Part shown: piece by piece, positions 12,366 to 24,868 of the stretch
Position numbering within the stretch: position 1 is the first letter of the stretch
Layout of the letters: each line of letters opens with the position of its first letter
Assembly (NCBI GenBank): GCA_964057225.1
Contig: OZ059897.1
Coordinates: 11,966,001-12,030,000, forward strand
Length of the DNA: 64,000 bases
Reading direction: 5' to 3'
Source of the DNA: Auanema rhodensis
Lineage: Eukaryota; Animalia; Nematoda
Translations under genes and position numbers: made by a program
The notes under the pieces: model-generated
Told to the model about the DNA's origin: nothing
Database searches by the model: none
Seen by the model: the letters and a program-made list of their open reading frames with translations, nothing else

Positions 12366-13875
12366 ATGATGTTTGATAGCTCAGACGAAGAAGAAGCAGC
12401 TCTTTTTCTAATAGAAACTGAAAAAAAACCTAAATTAGTGAAAAACCAATATTTCTCTGTAGGAAACAATGACGAAGAAACATGTAACAAAGAGAATGCT
12501 CAAACATCTGGTATTGAGGTATAAACTGTCTAGTATGCATTTCTAGAATTCCTCACAGAACAAAACGTTTGTGTTTGACTCCTGTGGCTACAGCCAAGCG
12601 TTTCAATTTTCTGAAAACACCCGTCCGTTTACAGTCAAACAAGGTGTCAATTATTATAATAAATAGAACAAGCATAATTATTTTTAGACTGTTTTGTATC
12701 TCAGTCAGATTTAGAAAAGACCCTTGCTGAGCAAAAAGTCAGATTCAGCTTTTTTTTTTGCTTTTATTACCTTGGGCTCAACTTCAGAGTGGTTTCTATA
12801 GCTCACATGATTTTGATCCTTTTTCACTGAAATCTGATGGCAGTAAACTGATTCTATATGAAATATGCAACTTCATCTTTGAGATTAACCAGAAGTTTTT
12901 TAAAATTGAAAAAAATCTTATATCTTTGAGGTTATTATTATATTGAGTTTTCAAATATTAATCTCCCATTGTAGGCATCAAGTCTTCGGAGCAAACTGTT
13001 CTCCTCAATTAAAAGTTGGATTTTGTTTTCTTTGCATAAAATCTTGATTTATAGGATTCTAATATTCTCAGTTTTGTAATAGAGAAACTTGAAAAAACTG
13101 TACTTTCCATCAAGAATATTCTGGAATCTATTGAACTACTCATTGATGTGGTGAAGGTAGTTATTACTTGAATTCATATGTTAGATCTAACTACATTATA
13201 TAGAATGAAAAAAGTGAAGAAGAAATTTCAGTAGTCTTGGATAAGCTTGATTTGATCCCGGTAAGAATTCATTTTGAAACTTTTGTTTTATATTCGCTTG
13301 TAGTCTACGTTGGAATTAATGAATGAGGAATGCATTTGGGATACTTCGTACACGTCGAAATCTAAGTTGAACTTGTGTTATAACTTAGAAAACACTTTTG
13401 TTTCAGTTTGGGCTACGAGTTTTCTATGGAAATAAGTTCAACAATCATGCTCTTCAACTCTATTCGGAATACATTCTTGAGTAAAATTGTTAAATATATG
13501 TAAGATTTTAGTATGCTCAACATCCTTACCAAGTTTAACTATATAGTGATAAATTGAAATATCTTCAAACATCTGATTTATATCATCAGAATCTCAATTC
13601 TGTAAGTCTTTTCTTGCTAATCATACTAACTTTTAACTATTAGCAGTGCAGAGAAATCAAAAAAAGCATTGACAGATCAGTATTCCTTTTGAACACAAGT
13701 ATGAGGAGAATGGAAAAAGAAGTGAATACACTGATTGAGACTTTACACGTAAGCAAATTTGTTCGAAACCTTCTAGATTTCACTTTAGAAACGTAAAGAA
13801 GCATTAGGTATATTACCAACCGTATTCAAAAAACCGTATGAATTGCTATTAAAATTGAAAAATTTGTTCTACTAA
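12366..13875 (+). CDS. Multi-exon gene of unknown family with acidic N-terminus and helical C-terminal half
   Basis: About a dozen exons with canonical GT-AG introns splice in frame from MMFDSSDEEEAALFLIE to ..KKPYELLLKLKNLFY* (TAA 13873-13875). No family recognised. Confidence 0.75.
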
Positions 13876-14042
13876 TGTTTATATTTTTTCTGTTGCTGTA
13901 CAATTTCCAAAACTTCACTTATCTTTAATGTTATTTTTATAATAATAAAGTTATTTGAAACTTAACTAGAAAATATTGGCATGAAAGTTTATTTCAATTT
14001 TTTTCTCATTGCATAACACTTAAAAAATATTTGTACTCGTAT

Positions 14043-16645
14043 TTAAACTGTTGAAGAAGGAGGACATTGCTTTTCCATAACATCATATCTGTCAGACAAT
14101 TTCTGCAAACGAGTAGTAATCGCTTCAACTTCACAAGTGCTAAAAACATTTCTATACATAGATCTGAAAGTGAAAAAGTTACAGTTTATTGATTGTGTTT
14201 AATCTTGAGTTTATTGACGGCTCAAATGGAACAGAGGGACCGAATGCTTTCCGCTTCTCATCAGCGATTGCAATAGACAACTGAAATTAAAGTATTTTAA
14301 TAAAGCATTCCGAAATTTTGAAAACCTGTGGCATCTTTACTGCATAGTTCAAAACTTGATTCTTATATTCTTTCAGTACTGATAGCATTTTTTCTTCTTG
14401 GCTGTTGAGAGGCATTGTACCAGCAACTCTTGTAGTGAGCTATAAGACAATCGTAGGATACAAGGACAAGCTACAACGAAAAGTTCTTACGGTCGCAAGT
14501 CTGTTAAATAGTTGTCGGACGGTAGCCTGTTTTTTCTCAACTTTATACTTGATATCAGCAACGCTGTCAAATAACTGAACGAGAATTATTTAAATATTTC
14601 AGAAACCCGTAACGCACATGAAGTAATCTCTCATTTAAACTCTGTCGCAATTTTTCATTTTGTTCAATTTCTGGCTGTATTTCCACTGCTCTGAACATTA
14701 CATACAAAATTTTGAAATCAATTACAAACTCAAAAACCTTTTAATTGCGACTGCTACACTATCCCTCGATATTTTGATATTTTCTGTAAAATTTTTAATC
14801 CATTTTTCTGTTTCCTCTATTCTTTGTAATTCTGGTAACGTAGATATAGATATGACTTTTGGCAAAATATGTTTTTGTGCAAGAATAGGATCAATGTGAA
14901 CTTCTTTAAAAGACCTGAGAACGTCATTCTGCTTTTGAGATCCCACAGGTCTAGTAGAGAGCCCGATTTCACATCTAGAAACATTTAAAAAATTATAAAA
15001 ATCAATCAGCACATACTTCAAAAATGAGGTAACCATGCGTGTTTTTCCGAAAAAGCATACAAACATGGATATAGCATCATCTTCTTCTTGACTCTGACAA
15101 TTGGCTAAAGCAACCTGACCAACATATTTGGAATCTAATGTATGAAGTTCATATAAATTGAAATTATGATATTACCGTCTTCTGTTGTTTCACAAGATAC
15201 AGCCATTGTGTGTAATCTACTATCAGGCAAAGTTAAAGATGCATTGCTTCCACTACAAAAACATTTAATAGTATGCATGTTAGTTAAACTTTTTTACTTG
15301 GTCAATTCCTGCCCATATAACACAATCCATGGTCGAATGTCCATAAAATATAATCTATTTTCAGCCGAGATTAAGTAAGAACATGTGCGATCTGATGATA
15401 AGAAAGAAACTGTCTTTGCTAAAGCTGGTAATTGCATTTGTTCATGAATTGAAACACTAAAAATGCCAAATTACAATGAATATAACATCTTACATACGAT
15501 ATTTCATTTTCAGACTCCACAAGAATCAAATGTGACACAACACCACATTGGGACGGTGTGAAAATAGACAACACGGTGAAAATCTAAAAAAAAAACAATA
15601 AAAGATTATTTTACAAAAAGTTTAAAACTGACATCAGAAAAAGGGTGAAGAACGTTTCTCAATTCGATAGGGTCACATGGTAGGCTTGGAGGAGTTAGAA
15701 GTGGCTTAATTGAGCAAGTAGATTGGCCTAAAAGTAAAATTATCCCAGCTCAGAAATGAGGAATGAACAACCTGATAAGTAAACCATGAACATGTCTCCA
15801 TCAGAATCAATTGCAACTATTTTATCACCATTAGTAGAAACAAAATCGAATGAAGCTAATAAATCTATATTTAGTATTAGAAAGTAAAAACATACTGATG
15901 ACTTTCAGAAATCCCAATCTATTACTACTATTAATGTCACCGCCCATAGACATGAAAGGTAAGAAATCTATATTGAGAGTTTCTGAGTATTCGTCAATTG
16001 CACTAAGTGAAAAAAATCTGAATATTTCACTTGTTGCAGCAAAAAAAGAATAGAGTTTACCTAATAGAAGAATCAGAAAAAAGCACAGCTAACTGAGGAA
16101 CAGCAGAATTAGGAACGATTCGTTCACAAACAGTACTCAATCTATTATTTAATTGCAAACATCGGTGCACTAGAACACATCTACAAAGACTATTCATAGT
16201 TTCTCTTGTAAGATAAAGATAGCTTACTCGCAATAATATTCGGAGCGTAGAGATCTTAGACTTTGAACCTCAGGACTGATAAGTACAACAAAAATTTCTT
16301 TTTCAGAGATGAGTATAACTCTGAAATTTTATTTATAAAACTTAAAGAAACAAATCCACATTAAGCTCACTTTGAACCATCAGTTAAAGCATGTATTCGT
16401 TTAATAACAATACTTTTATCAATAGCCGGAACTGGATTTATTTTCTAAACACTTTCCTAGGAAAATGAAAAGAACTAATAACTAACCACACTATGTATAA
16501 CATCAACAGATTCTTTGTTTCTGTTAAAACCATAAAGAATTGTTAAAATCTGGTCATCATATAAAATGACACCATTTTCTTTATAACTTGACATTTTGCA
16601 GTTCGGAGACAATGATGCTCCAAATCCTTCGAGAGACCATTTCAT
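14043..16645 (-). CDS. Nucleoporin Nup88-like protein (beta-propeller plus C-terminal coiled coil)
   Basis: Spliced product begins MKWSLEGFGASLSP. Beta-rich N-terminal half has VILISEKEIFVV and LAVLFSDSSIRFF (compare Nup88 LTSDN.IR.Y); helical heptad-rich C-terminus. Gene structure is solid; the family call is motif-based. Confidence 0.65.
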
Positions 16646-16806
16646 TTTCTAAAATATCAGTATGATAAAGATTTCTTAATAGTAGGATATCATGTATTGT
16701 ATAGTGTATAACTTGAAAATATGAAAAATAAATAAAGCCACAAACAAAATATGTTTTATATTTGATTCCAGCATATACATGTAATATTATACAATAAGTG
16801 AAAATA

Positions 16807-17190
16807 TTAATCAATGTTATTGTTATTATTATTGTTGTTATTGTTAGCAAGATTATTGCTTGATTCATCCAGAACTACTCTGTGATTTAATACTTGAAGT
16901 GTATTAACTTCAGAAGAACATCGCACACGCTCCCTACGGGGAACCTCTAATCTGCAAAATCATGTGTTAGCCATCATGAAACGCTTGAGATACCTTTTTT
17001 TAGATGGAGATAGAATAGAACCATTATCATTCTTAGGAGTGTTATTAGTGGATGCATGAGACTAAACGCCAGTAAATCTTTCATTAAAAAAAACACTAAC
17101 CTGATTAACTAAGAACTCCCGCAGACTATCCTTCATACATTCCAAATCCTCGCTTTTTAACTCAATAGCAGTTAAAGGGCGTTTCAGCAT
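16807..17190 (-). CDS. cdc-26: APC/C subunit CDC26 (ANAPC12), three exons, about 100 aa
   Basis: N-terminus MLKRPLTAIELKSEDL matches the CDC26 motif MLRRxxTxxELxxxD; low-complexity tail with an Asn run. Not in the ORF track. Confidence 0.88.
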
Positions 17191-17401
17191 ATTTTATTTA
17201 TTATTGAAATATTAGAAAAACTAAATAAAGCCGAGAATATTCAAAATAACAAACTTGACGCTGAATATGTAACTTGATGAATTTACGTACAATTTAAATA
17301 ATAAAGGTCTGTGATGATATGCTCTATTGCTAATTTGACGGTTTCCAGTAGTTTGGATAATAGTTACGATATTATAATTTCTTTTTTTTTATTATTTCAT
17401 A
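17191..17401. promoter_or_regulatory. Bidirectional promoter region between cdc-26 and rbm-28
   Basis: Only 211 bp separate the divergent start codons at 17190 (-) and 17402 (+). Confidence 0.6.
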
Positions 17402-19837
17402 ATGTCTTATCAAAAAAGCTCTAAGTTTGGTGATAAACCAAATTTTGTCAAGCAACAGTATTCTCAAAAAAGAAATTATGAGAATCATACAAACGACGAG
17501 GAAACAGAAGACGTCAATGAGGAGAAAAGTTTACATTTGTATGTGTATTAATCTAATATTTTTATGATAGGTAGCAAAACTGGATATAAGCGAGCCAAGG
17601 TTTATCATATGAATGCGAAACTAAAGCAATGGAGACTAATTGTGAGAAATTTACCCTTCAAGGTTTGAATTAAATTGTCCTTGTATTTAAATTTCATTTG
17701 AACTTAAGACAAATGTTACTGATGTACAAAATGCATGCTCTAAAATTGGCTGTTTTAATGAAGTTGTGTTGCCCCCCTCAAAAAAAATGCCTGGAAAGTA
17801 AGTTCTAGTAAATTTTTGTTCAACAAATTAAGTTGTCTTTTCCAGATGCGCGGGATTTGCATTTGTACAATTTTTGAAACAGGAAGATGCCGAAAAGGGA
17901 AAGGAATGGTTCAACAATAACAAATTTTTAGTAAGTTATTCAATTAAAAATATTACAAATATTTCAGGAATTATAGTTTAATAAAAAATTATTAATTTGC
18001 AGGGAAGAATGGTTGCTGCTGATTGGGCCCTAGATAGGGATAGTTATGAAACTGCAGCTCACGAAGGTTTGTTTATTTTAGAATCTCATGATTTAAATTT
18101 TTTTTTAATTTTCAGAGAAACAGAAGATGAAAGATAAAGTAAAAGAAGAGAAAAAAGAAAACGAGCCTTCTAAAAATTCTTTCAAGACTGATGATGATGG
18201 TAATAATGATGATGAGGAAGAACTAGATGATGAAGAAGTTAGCGATAGGTTAGTTAGTTAATTCTATGCATATAGGTGATAAATATTTAGCGATGCTTCT
18301 GATGAAGAGGATGAGTCTTCTGAAGAAATAGATACTAAAAAGAAACCCAAAAATAAAACGGATCAAGCACTTCTCGAAGAAAGAGTTTTATTTTTAAGGT
18401 ACTCTTTCAAAGCTATGAGTACGTTATGTATATTTTTTAGAAATATCTCGTTCGATTCTACTGAAGAAAGTTTGAAAAAAGCTGTTGAACCTTACGGAAA
18501 AGTCACTCTAGCTCTTATTTGCAAATTCAAAGACAGTGGACATTCAAAGGGAACTGCATTTGTTCATTTTTCTACCGCTGATGAAGCTCAGAAGTGTTTA
18601 GAAGCTTGTGAAGATGGAAAAATTTACTTTGGTTAGCAATAATTGATATAGCATCATAGTTTATCTTTTTTTTTTAGATGGTAGACCTATTAATGCTATT
18701 CTTGCCCTTCCACGAGAAAAAGTCGAAGAAATCGAGAAAAAGAAGCTTACTAAAGTACCTAAGGATAATAGAAATCTGAGACTTCTTCGTTTCTCTCTTA
18801 TTCGAGAAGGTACATCAGCTGCCAAGGGTATGAGTAAGGAAGTTCGTTTATTGTTCAGTTTTAGAAACTTATTATATTTTTTTCAGGATTCCGACAAAAG
18901 AGTAAAGTTGGCAGAAGCAGCTAGAAAAAAATTAGATAACTTGCACATGTATCGCTTAGTATTTTATATATCTTACTATTATTTTTTTCAGGTTTGTATC
19001 TCCTGTAAGAATTGTTGTTCATAATGTACCTCCTAAAATGACAGATGAAAAATTAAAACAGATTTGCAAGTAAGTTTTACTATTATTGCTTGTGTCTAAT
19101 GAAACATTTGTTTTCTCAAGGGAAGCTGGTGGAGTAGGAGCTTGGGTAAATGAATGTAGAATATGGAAAGAGAAATCTGCCACCGATAATACTGTTGGTT
19201 ATGAGATTGAGTTCATTAATATTTAAAATATTTTAGAAGCTTGGTCGTTCTAAGGGTTTTGCATTTGTATCGTTTACAGAGCATAATCATGCCCTTGCTT
19301 GCTTACAAAAATTAAATAATAACGAAAATACATTTACTAAAGAAAAACGCCCCATAGTAGAATTTTCTATTGAAAATCTGGCTGCTTTGCAGGCAAAGGT
19401 CTGCGAATACATATATCAAATCCACATTATATTCATTTGTTTAGGAACGCAGGAAAAACGGTGAAGATAACAAAGTTTCTATTAAAGCAGTTAATGAAAA
19501 AGTTAGAAAACAGGTATCAATGGAAAGCTTGTGCATATTTTTTAAAATAATTTTTTTTTAGATTCAAGAATCTGTTGGCGAAATTCATGCTTCTGGTATG
19601 AAGTTCTTACCTAAGTTCCTTGGTAAAAAGTTAAGACATAGAGATATGAGCAAATCCCAGCAGAAAAAGCTGAACATCAAAAAGAAAGACGTAAAAAAAT
19701 TATTTTCTTTTTTATGGCTAAATTAAAATATTTTCTAGTCTGGCAAGGGCAAAGATGTTAAAAAGAGTGGAGGTGGGGTTGGTAAGAAAGATCGTAAGAA
19801 CAAGAAAGCCGTCACAAAGTATCTAGCTTTGAATTAA
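17402..19837 (+). CDS. rbm-28: Nucleolar multi-RRM protein RBM28/Nop4
   Basis: WRLIVRNLPFK; GFAFVQF; GRMVAADWAL; acidic linker; RVLFLRNISF..HSKGTAFVHF; KDNRNLRLL; SKGFAFVSF; KRPIVEFSIEN; Lys-rich tail. Confidence 0.92.
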
Positions 19838-20110
19838 TACTATTAGCAATTCTATTAACTGTTTTTGTTATTGTTATTGTTGTTGTTGTTGATTTGATAT
19901 ATTATTTTATAAAAAGTTCAGTTATATATCATATAATCTGCTCATAGTTATGCAGTTAAATACTTCAAGAATTTAAGAGTTTTGAATAAACATTTTTTTA
20001 ATGTCATCAGACTGGAAATGAGTAAGTTGTTCTCCACCGAATATATATGGCATGACGTTCTATTAACATATTTTATATTTTTTCAACATTTGACTAAACA
20101 TTAGATGGTT

Positions 20111-20256
20111 GAGCTGTTCCGCGGCTCCCTCTAAGTCTTAAATGAGCTAATTTTATGAACTATGTTTAGTGTAGATTATATATTTGGGTTTACTTTAAAA
20201 ACTGCGATTTTATTTACTGTATACTCTTCATGATCTTAGGGGCTGCGGAACAGTTC
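20111..20256. mobile_element. Short MITE-like inverted-repeat element
   Basis: GAGCTGTTCCGCGGCTCCCTCTAAG (20111-20135) versus GAACTGTTCCGCAGCCCCTAAG (reverse complement of 20235-20256) around an AT-rich core; no clear target duplication. Confidence 0.55.
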
Positions 20257-20342
20257 CAGTTACATAAGACTATATTCAGAAATTATAATCAATTTTTTTA
20301 GACAGAAATATTGCATCTGTCTTCCATTCTTCTCGACGAACC

Positions 20343-21065
20343 ATGAGTACCTTTTACGATTTTGTTGTCAAAAATGCTGATGGGCAGGATGTGAAGCTTG
20401 GAGATAAATACAAGTAATATACAAAATAAGATTTATTGAATGATCGGACTGATGTTTAGGAACAAAGTTGTTGTTGTTGTCAACGTTGCTTCGCAATGCG
20501 GTTTGACTAATTCGAACTACACCCAACTAAAAGTGTCTTTAATTCTATAATTTTTTTATAATTATTGTTCATCTAGGAGCTTCTTGATAAATACAAATCT
20601 GAGGGTTTGGAAGTTGCTGCCTTTCCTTGCAATCAATTTGGTGGTCAGGTAAAAGAATTCATTTTATTTTACGTTAGTGATATTTATATTTCTAGGAACC
20701 AGCGTGTGAGATTGACATCAAGAGCTTCGTTGAAGATAAGTTCAAGTTTGAACCTGATCTGTATTCAAAGATTGATGTTAATGGAGATAATGCAGCTCCC
20801 CTGTATAAATTTTTGAAAAAAGAAAAGGTATACTATAATTATTTTTTTTACACATTTGTTTTTCAAGGGTGGACTTCTCATCGATGCCATTAAGTGGAAC
20901 TTTACCAAGTTTCTCATAAACAAGGAGGGAACTGTTGTTAAAAGATTCGGTTAGTTTTATATTACAATTCTTGAATTTATAGAATTCATTCTAGGTCCCA
21001 CCGACGAGCCTAAAACAATGTTGAAAGACATCGAGAATGCTTTGAAGAGTTCTCCCAAATTGTAA
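20343..21065 (+). CDS. Cys-type phospholipid hydroperoxide glutathione peroxidase (gpx-1/gpx-2-like)
   Basis: [10 protein letters not shown] (TGC Cys, not Sec), [27 protein letters not shown]; six exons; ends SSPKL*. Confidence 0.95.
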
Positions 21066-21578
21066 ATGAGTTGATTCTAACCAACTCTTGGCTCTGCGAT
21101 ACAGATCGAAACCTCAACTTGTAGATTTTTTGTAAAATAGTCATTTTTATATAATGAGCGAGAAGATAAGAGCTTTTCGTTTTAAACTGTAAAACGTTTT
21201 GATTTGCTGGTCTTTTCTTTTTCTCTCTCTATTTTTAAAAAATAAAAGTATTTTATTACTACTTTTTTACTAAAAAGGTATCGAAAACCACTTGAACTAC
21301 TTGAAATTGAAAAGAAGAAATTTTAAAACAAAATTCAGTCGAACAGAACTTCGTTGACGAAACCATTTTAATATACAAGCTCATTAACAGGGCAGTTTGA
21401 AATTCAGCTGAAGAACTGGACTTCACGAAAATTCACGTATTGTACTTTTTAAAATACACCTGGTTATACATATATGTCATGTAATGTACTAGCTGACTAA
21501 TTACATTTATTCTTAAAAGAATACGATTACATATAACTATTGGAACATGAAATGCTAGCTTTACAATCTGGTGTTTAG

Positions 21579-23752
21579 ATGACCAATTCGACAGGAATTA
21601 CCGAAGGATTGAAGAAAATATTCTCCGAGTTCTCCAATCTTGATGAGCTCCCGCATTCTTTTGATGATTCACTTATATCTAAGTTTGTAGATTTTTTAAA
21701 AATTGGTAAATAATGGCTATGTACAACGTTGACATCTTTATTTCCTTTTAGATGAAAATATATGTCATTGCATATTAAAAGAGATTAAAGCCAGGCCTTT
21801 TGGTGATCATTCCAAAATTTCAAGGCTCTTTCTTTCGAAATTAGTCGAAAAGCTGATTATATGCGAAGTTTGTTTCGAGTTTGATATCTGCATTTGAAAA
21901 AGCTTTATAGAATACAGATAAGTATGAGATGACTAATTACATGGAAGAAAGCTTACAATCCATTTTCGATAAACAAGATTCTGATTCATTCTTGGACATA
22001 CTGTCAATATGTATAGCATTTTATAGGTTTACTCCCCCGCCAGATGGTTAGTTTAATAAGATCAGCTCTAATCAAACATGATTTTTAGTTTTGATTGAAC
22101 AATGCATCTCTTTTTTACCTGATGAAGTTTTAAGTATTTTTGCACGAAGAAATATGGAAGATTTAGTGTGTCTAGCTTCTACTAAAATTTTAGAAGATAT
22201 ATTAAACTCAGTTGTTCAAATATTTTGCTCTACTGTATGGCTTTTTATTAATATTTGCTAAGTGCCTAAGTTATTTAGCAATTTCCTCTGATAAGAAACG
22301 GCTTGTGCAGAATTTTGGAAGCGAAGATTGATCATATTTCAAGTAAGGCTAAAGCTGCTTTAATCGAAAATGTGCAAAAGTCGAAAGTTGAAGGAGAAAT
22401 AGTGTATAAGCTCATAGCAAATATACTGTAAGTATTACGAACGTATCTACAAAACTTTATTTCTTTGAGACCTGAACCCCTGATCGCTGCAGATCCTAAG
22501 TTATGGTCTTCAGAAATCGTCAGAACTGCAATAGCTGTGATAATAACTAAAAGGTTTTAATTCCATATAAATGTTACGTATTAATTGTATTATGATTAGG
22601 CTGGAAAGTTCTGATGTGAGAGAACAGTTAGTTTTGTCCATTCTGGACACAAAACGCCCAAAATTACGGCATTTCATTGAGCTTCTACCATCATTGACCA
22701 AGGAGGTTTGGATTGGTATTTTGATTTTCCATATTGGTATTTTTTCAAGGTAATTTCACAGTTTCTTCCTGTTTTCTTGCCGCAGTTGGAAAATAAATCA
22801 CTTTGTCCAATTTCTGATATTGTAAAGTGAGTTAAGTTTTATATAATTGTTCAATACGTATACCTATAGCTTTGTGGGAACTGCTTGTTCTTTATTGGAC
22901 AGAGAAGAAGTTTACACCATTCTACAACAGTGTAAATCAAGATTATTTGTAAGTTTATACATCTTAACAATGTCTGACTTCCTTTTTACAGGACTCGCAT
23001 GCAGTTTTAGAAAAAGTTTACGAATCATACGGCAGCGAAGTCATTGAAGATCCAAAGCTAAATGTAATAAAAGAACATTTGATCTCATCTGTCTCTAAAG
23101 GTGATATTACAAAACGTTTTTTGAAGGTACACTGTTTATTTACAGCTATTGATGGTTCAGAGTGGGAAACAAAAGATACAGCAGTGGAAATTGTGACTTT
23201 GTTCCCTTCATTAAAACCGTTCTTAGGTTTCGAGTTTATAGTTTAATCATAATTTTGTTTCCTCTTGCAGGAAAAATAGAAGATCTTATTCTTGAAGATT
23301 CTTCTCCCTATGTGCGAGCAGCAGCACTACGATGTTTTTTAAAATATGAATCTTCATCAATTCATGTTACAGATCTATGTGCGAAAGTTTTTAATAATGA
23401 TAATGATCATGAGCCTAGAAGAGTAGCAATATTACATTTGGAATCAGTTATGCCTGATTCCTCTGATCAAGCCGTTCTTATTCTTAGCAAAGCATTAGAA
23501 GATCCTGATATTGATATCAGAAATACTATAATTTCAATTTGCGCAAAATATCTAATAGAACATCCGTTGCATCAAAAACTTGTTAAAACCGAATTGCTTG
23601 AATGGGTGGAAGATCCTGAAATAGGCTCCCGTATTCGAGCTCTATTGGGTGTCACTGATGGTGAGAGTACTCAAGATCCTGCTGAACATATTCTTGCGGA
23701 AATGATGATCGGTTTATCAATTGGTTGTGCAGAAGAGATAGATTGCTACTGA
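21579..23752 (+). CDS. BRAT1-like HEAT/ARM-repeat protein
   Basis: N-terminal FDDSLISKFVDFL (compare BRAT1 DDTCLEKLLDWF), SEWETKDTAVE (compare WEVRDSALE), DSSPYVRAAAL, and terminal EEIDCY* (BRAT1 ends in DCY). Confidence 0.85.
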
Positions 23753-24255
23753 TTATTCGATTAATAAATTTTTTTTTTACCAATGTAACTCATTTAGATT
23801 ATATTAGGATAGTAATTAAGTAATCAGGTTATCTCCAATTCTATAATTCACATGTATTTTGATAGCGCATGATTAGAAAAAAGATAATTTATTTGTTCAA
23901 AGCCTAAATCAGATAATAGTAATGATAAGACAGATACTTGAATATTAAAACGTTTTTGTTCACATCAAACTTTCTATTCATTATTTGATGTGGTATTATT
24001 GGAAGTATAAAAAAATTGAGCATATGCACATAAAATATATATATATTAAAACTGATTATAGTCCAACAGGAAACATAAAAAAGGGAATAGAAATCTGATA
24101 ATAATGATTTGATGACTTGAAGTCCATGCTTAATTGAAATAAGAGTATCACTTGAAAACAGTATGAGTTGGATTAAACGAAAATCACCAGAATTACTTTG
24201 TGATTCTGTTCCCGTAAGGTTGCACATTCTTTTATTTAATTTCTTTCTTAAAAAC

Positions 24256-24789
24256 TTATTCGATTTTGGTGGTATCTTTTTTGGGGGTTTTAATCAAATA
24301 TGCAGTATTAAAGAAGCTTGAGAATAAGATTAAGAAACTAGCATAAATGGCAAAGCAAATAGCCAAGTTGTCATAAGACTGTTGGCAAAGCTGAAATCAG
24401 AGTATTCAAAATACGTTCATATCTTTTGACAACTAACCTGTCCATTAAGCTTGATAAAGAGAACAATTACGGAAATGGCAACGCCGATGAGCATCTGAGC
24501 AGTTTGAAGAGCAGTTACAGTCCTGAAAAGAAAAAGAAATACTTGTTGCTAAGTTCAATTTATCTACAGACAGCAGATCAAAGAACTATATCTGAGATTA
24601 ATGTTATATTATTAGTGTAAACGTACATAGAAACTATCTTTGGTAATCGAATTCCTAGTGAGGCAATAGCATAGTATGAGTACATAATGGAATGAACGAA
24701 GTAATTCATCATGATAAACCATCTTCCAGCAGCCGTAAGTTCAACAGCTGTAAATGTATAATTTTATATTTCTTTTTATATTCTATTTG

Positions 24790-24868
<79 letters not shown>

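Noticed and set aside
20490-20505. Selenocysteine recoding in the GPx
   Set aside because: The active-site codon is TGC (Cys); no in-frame TGA.
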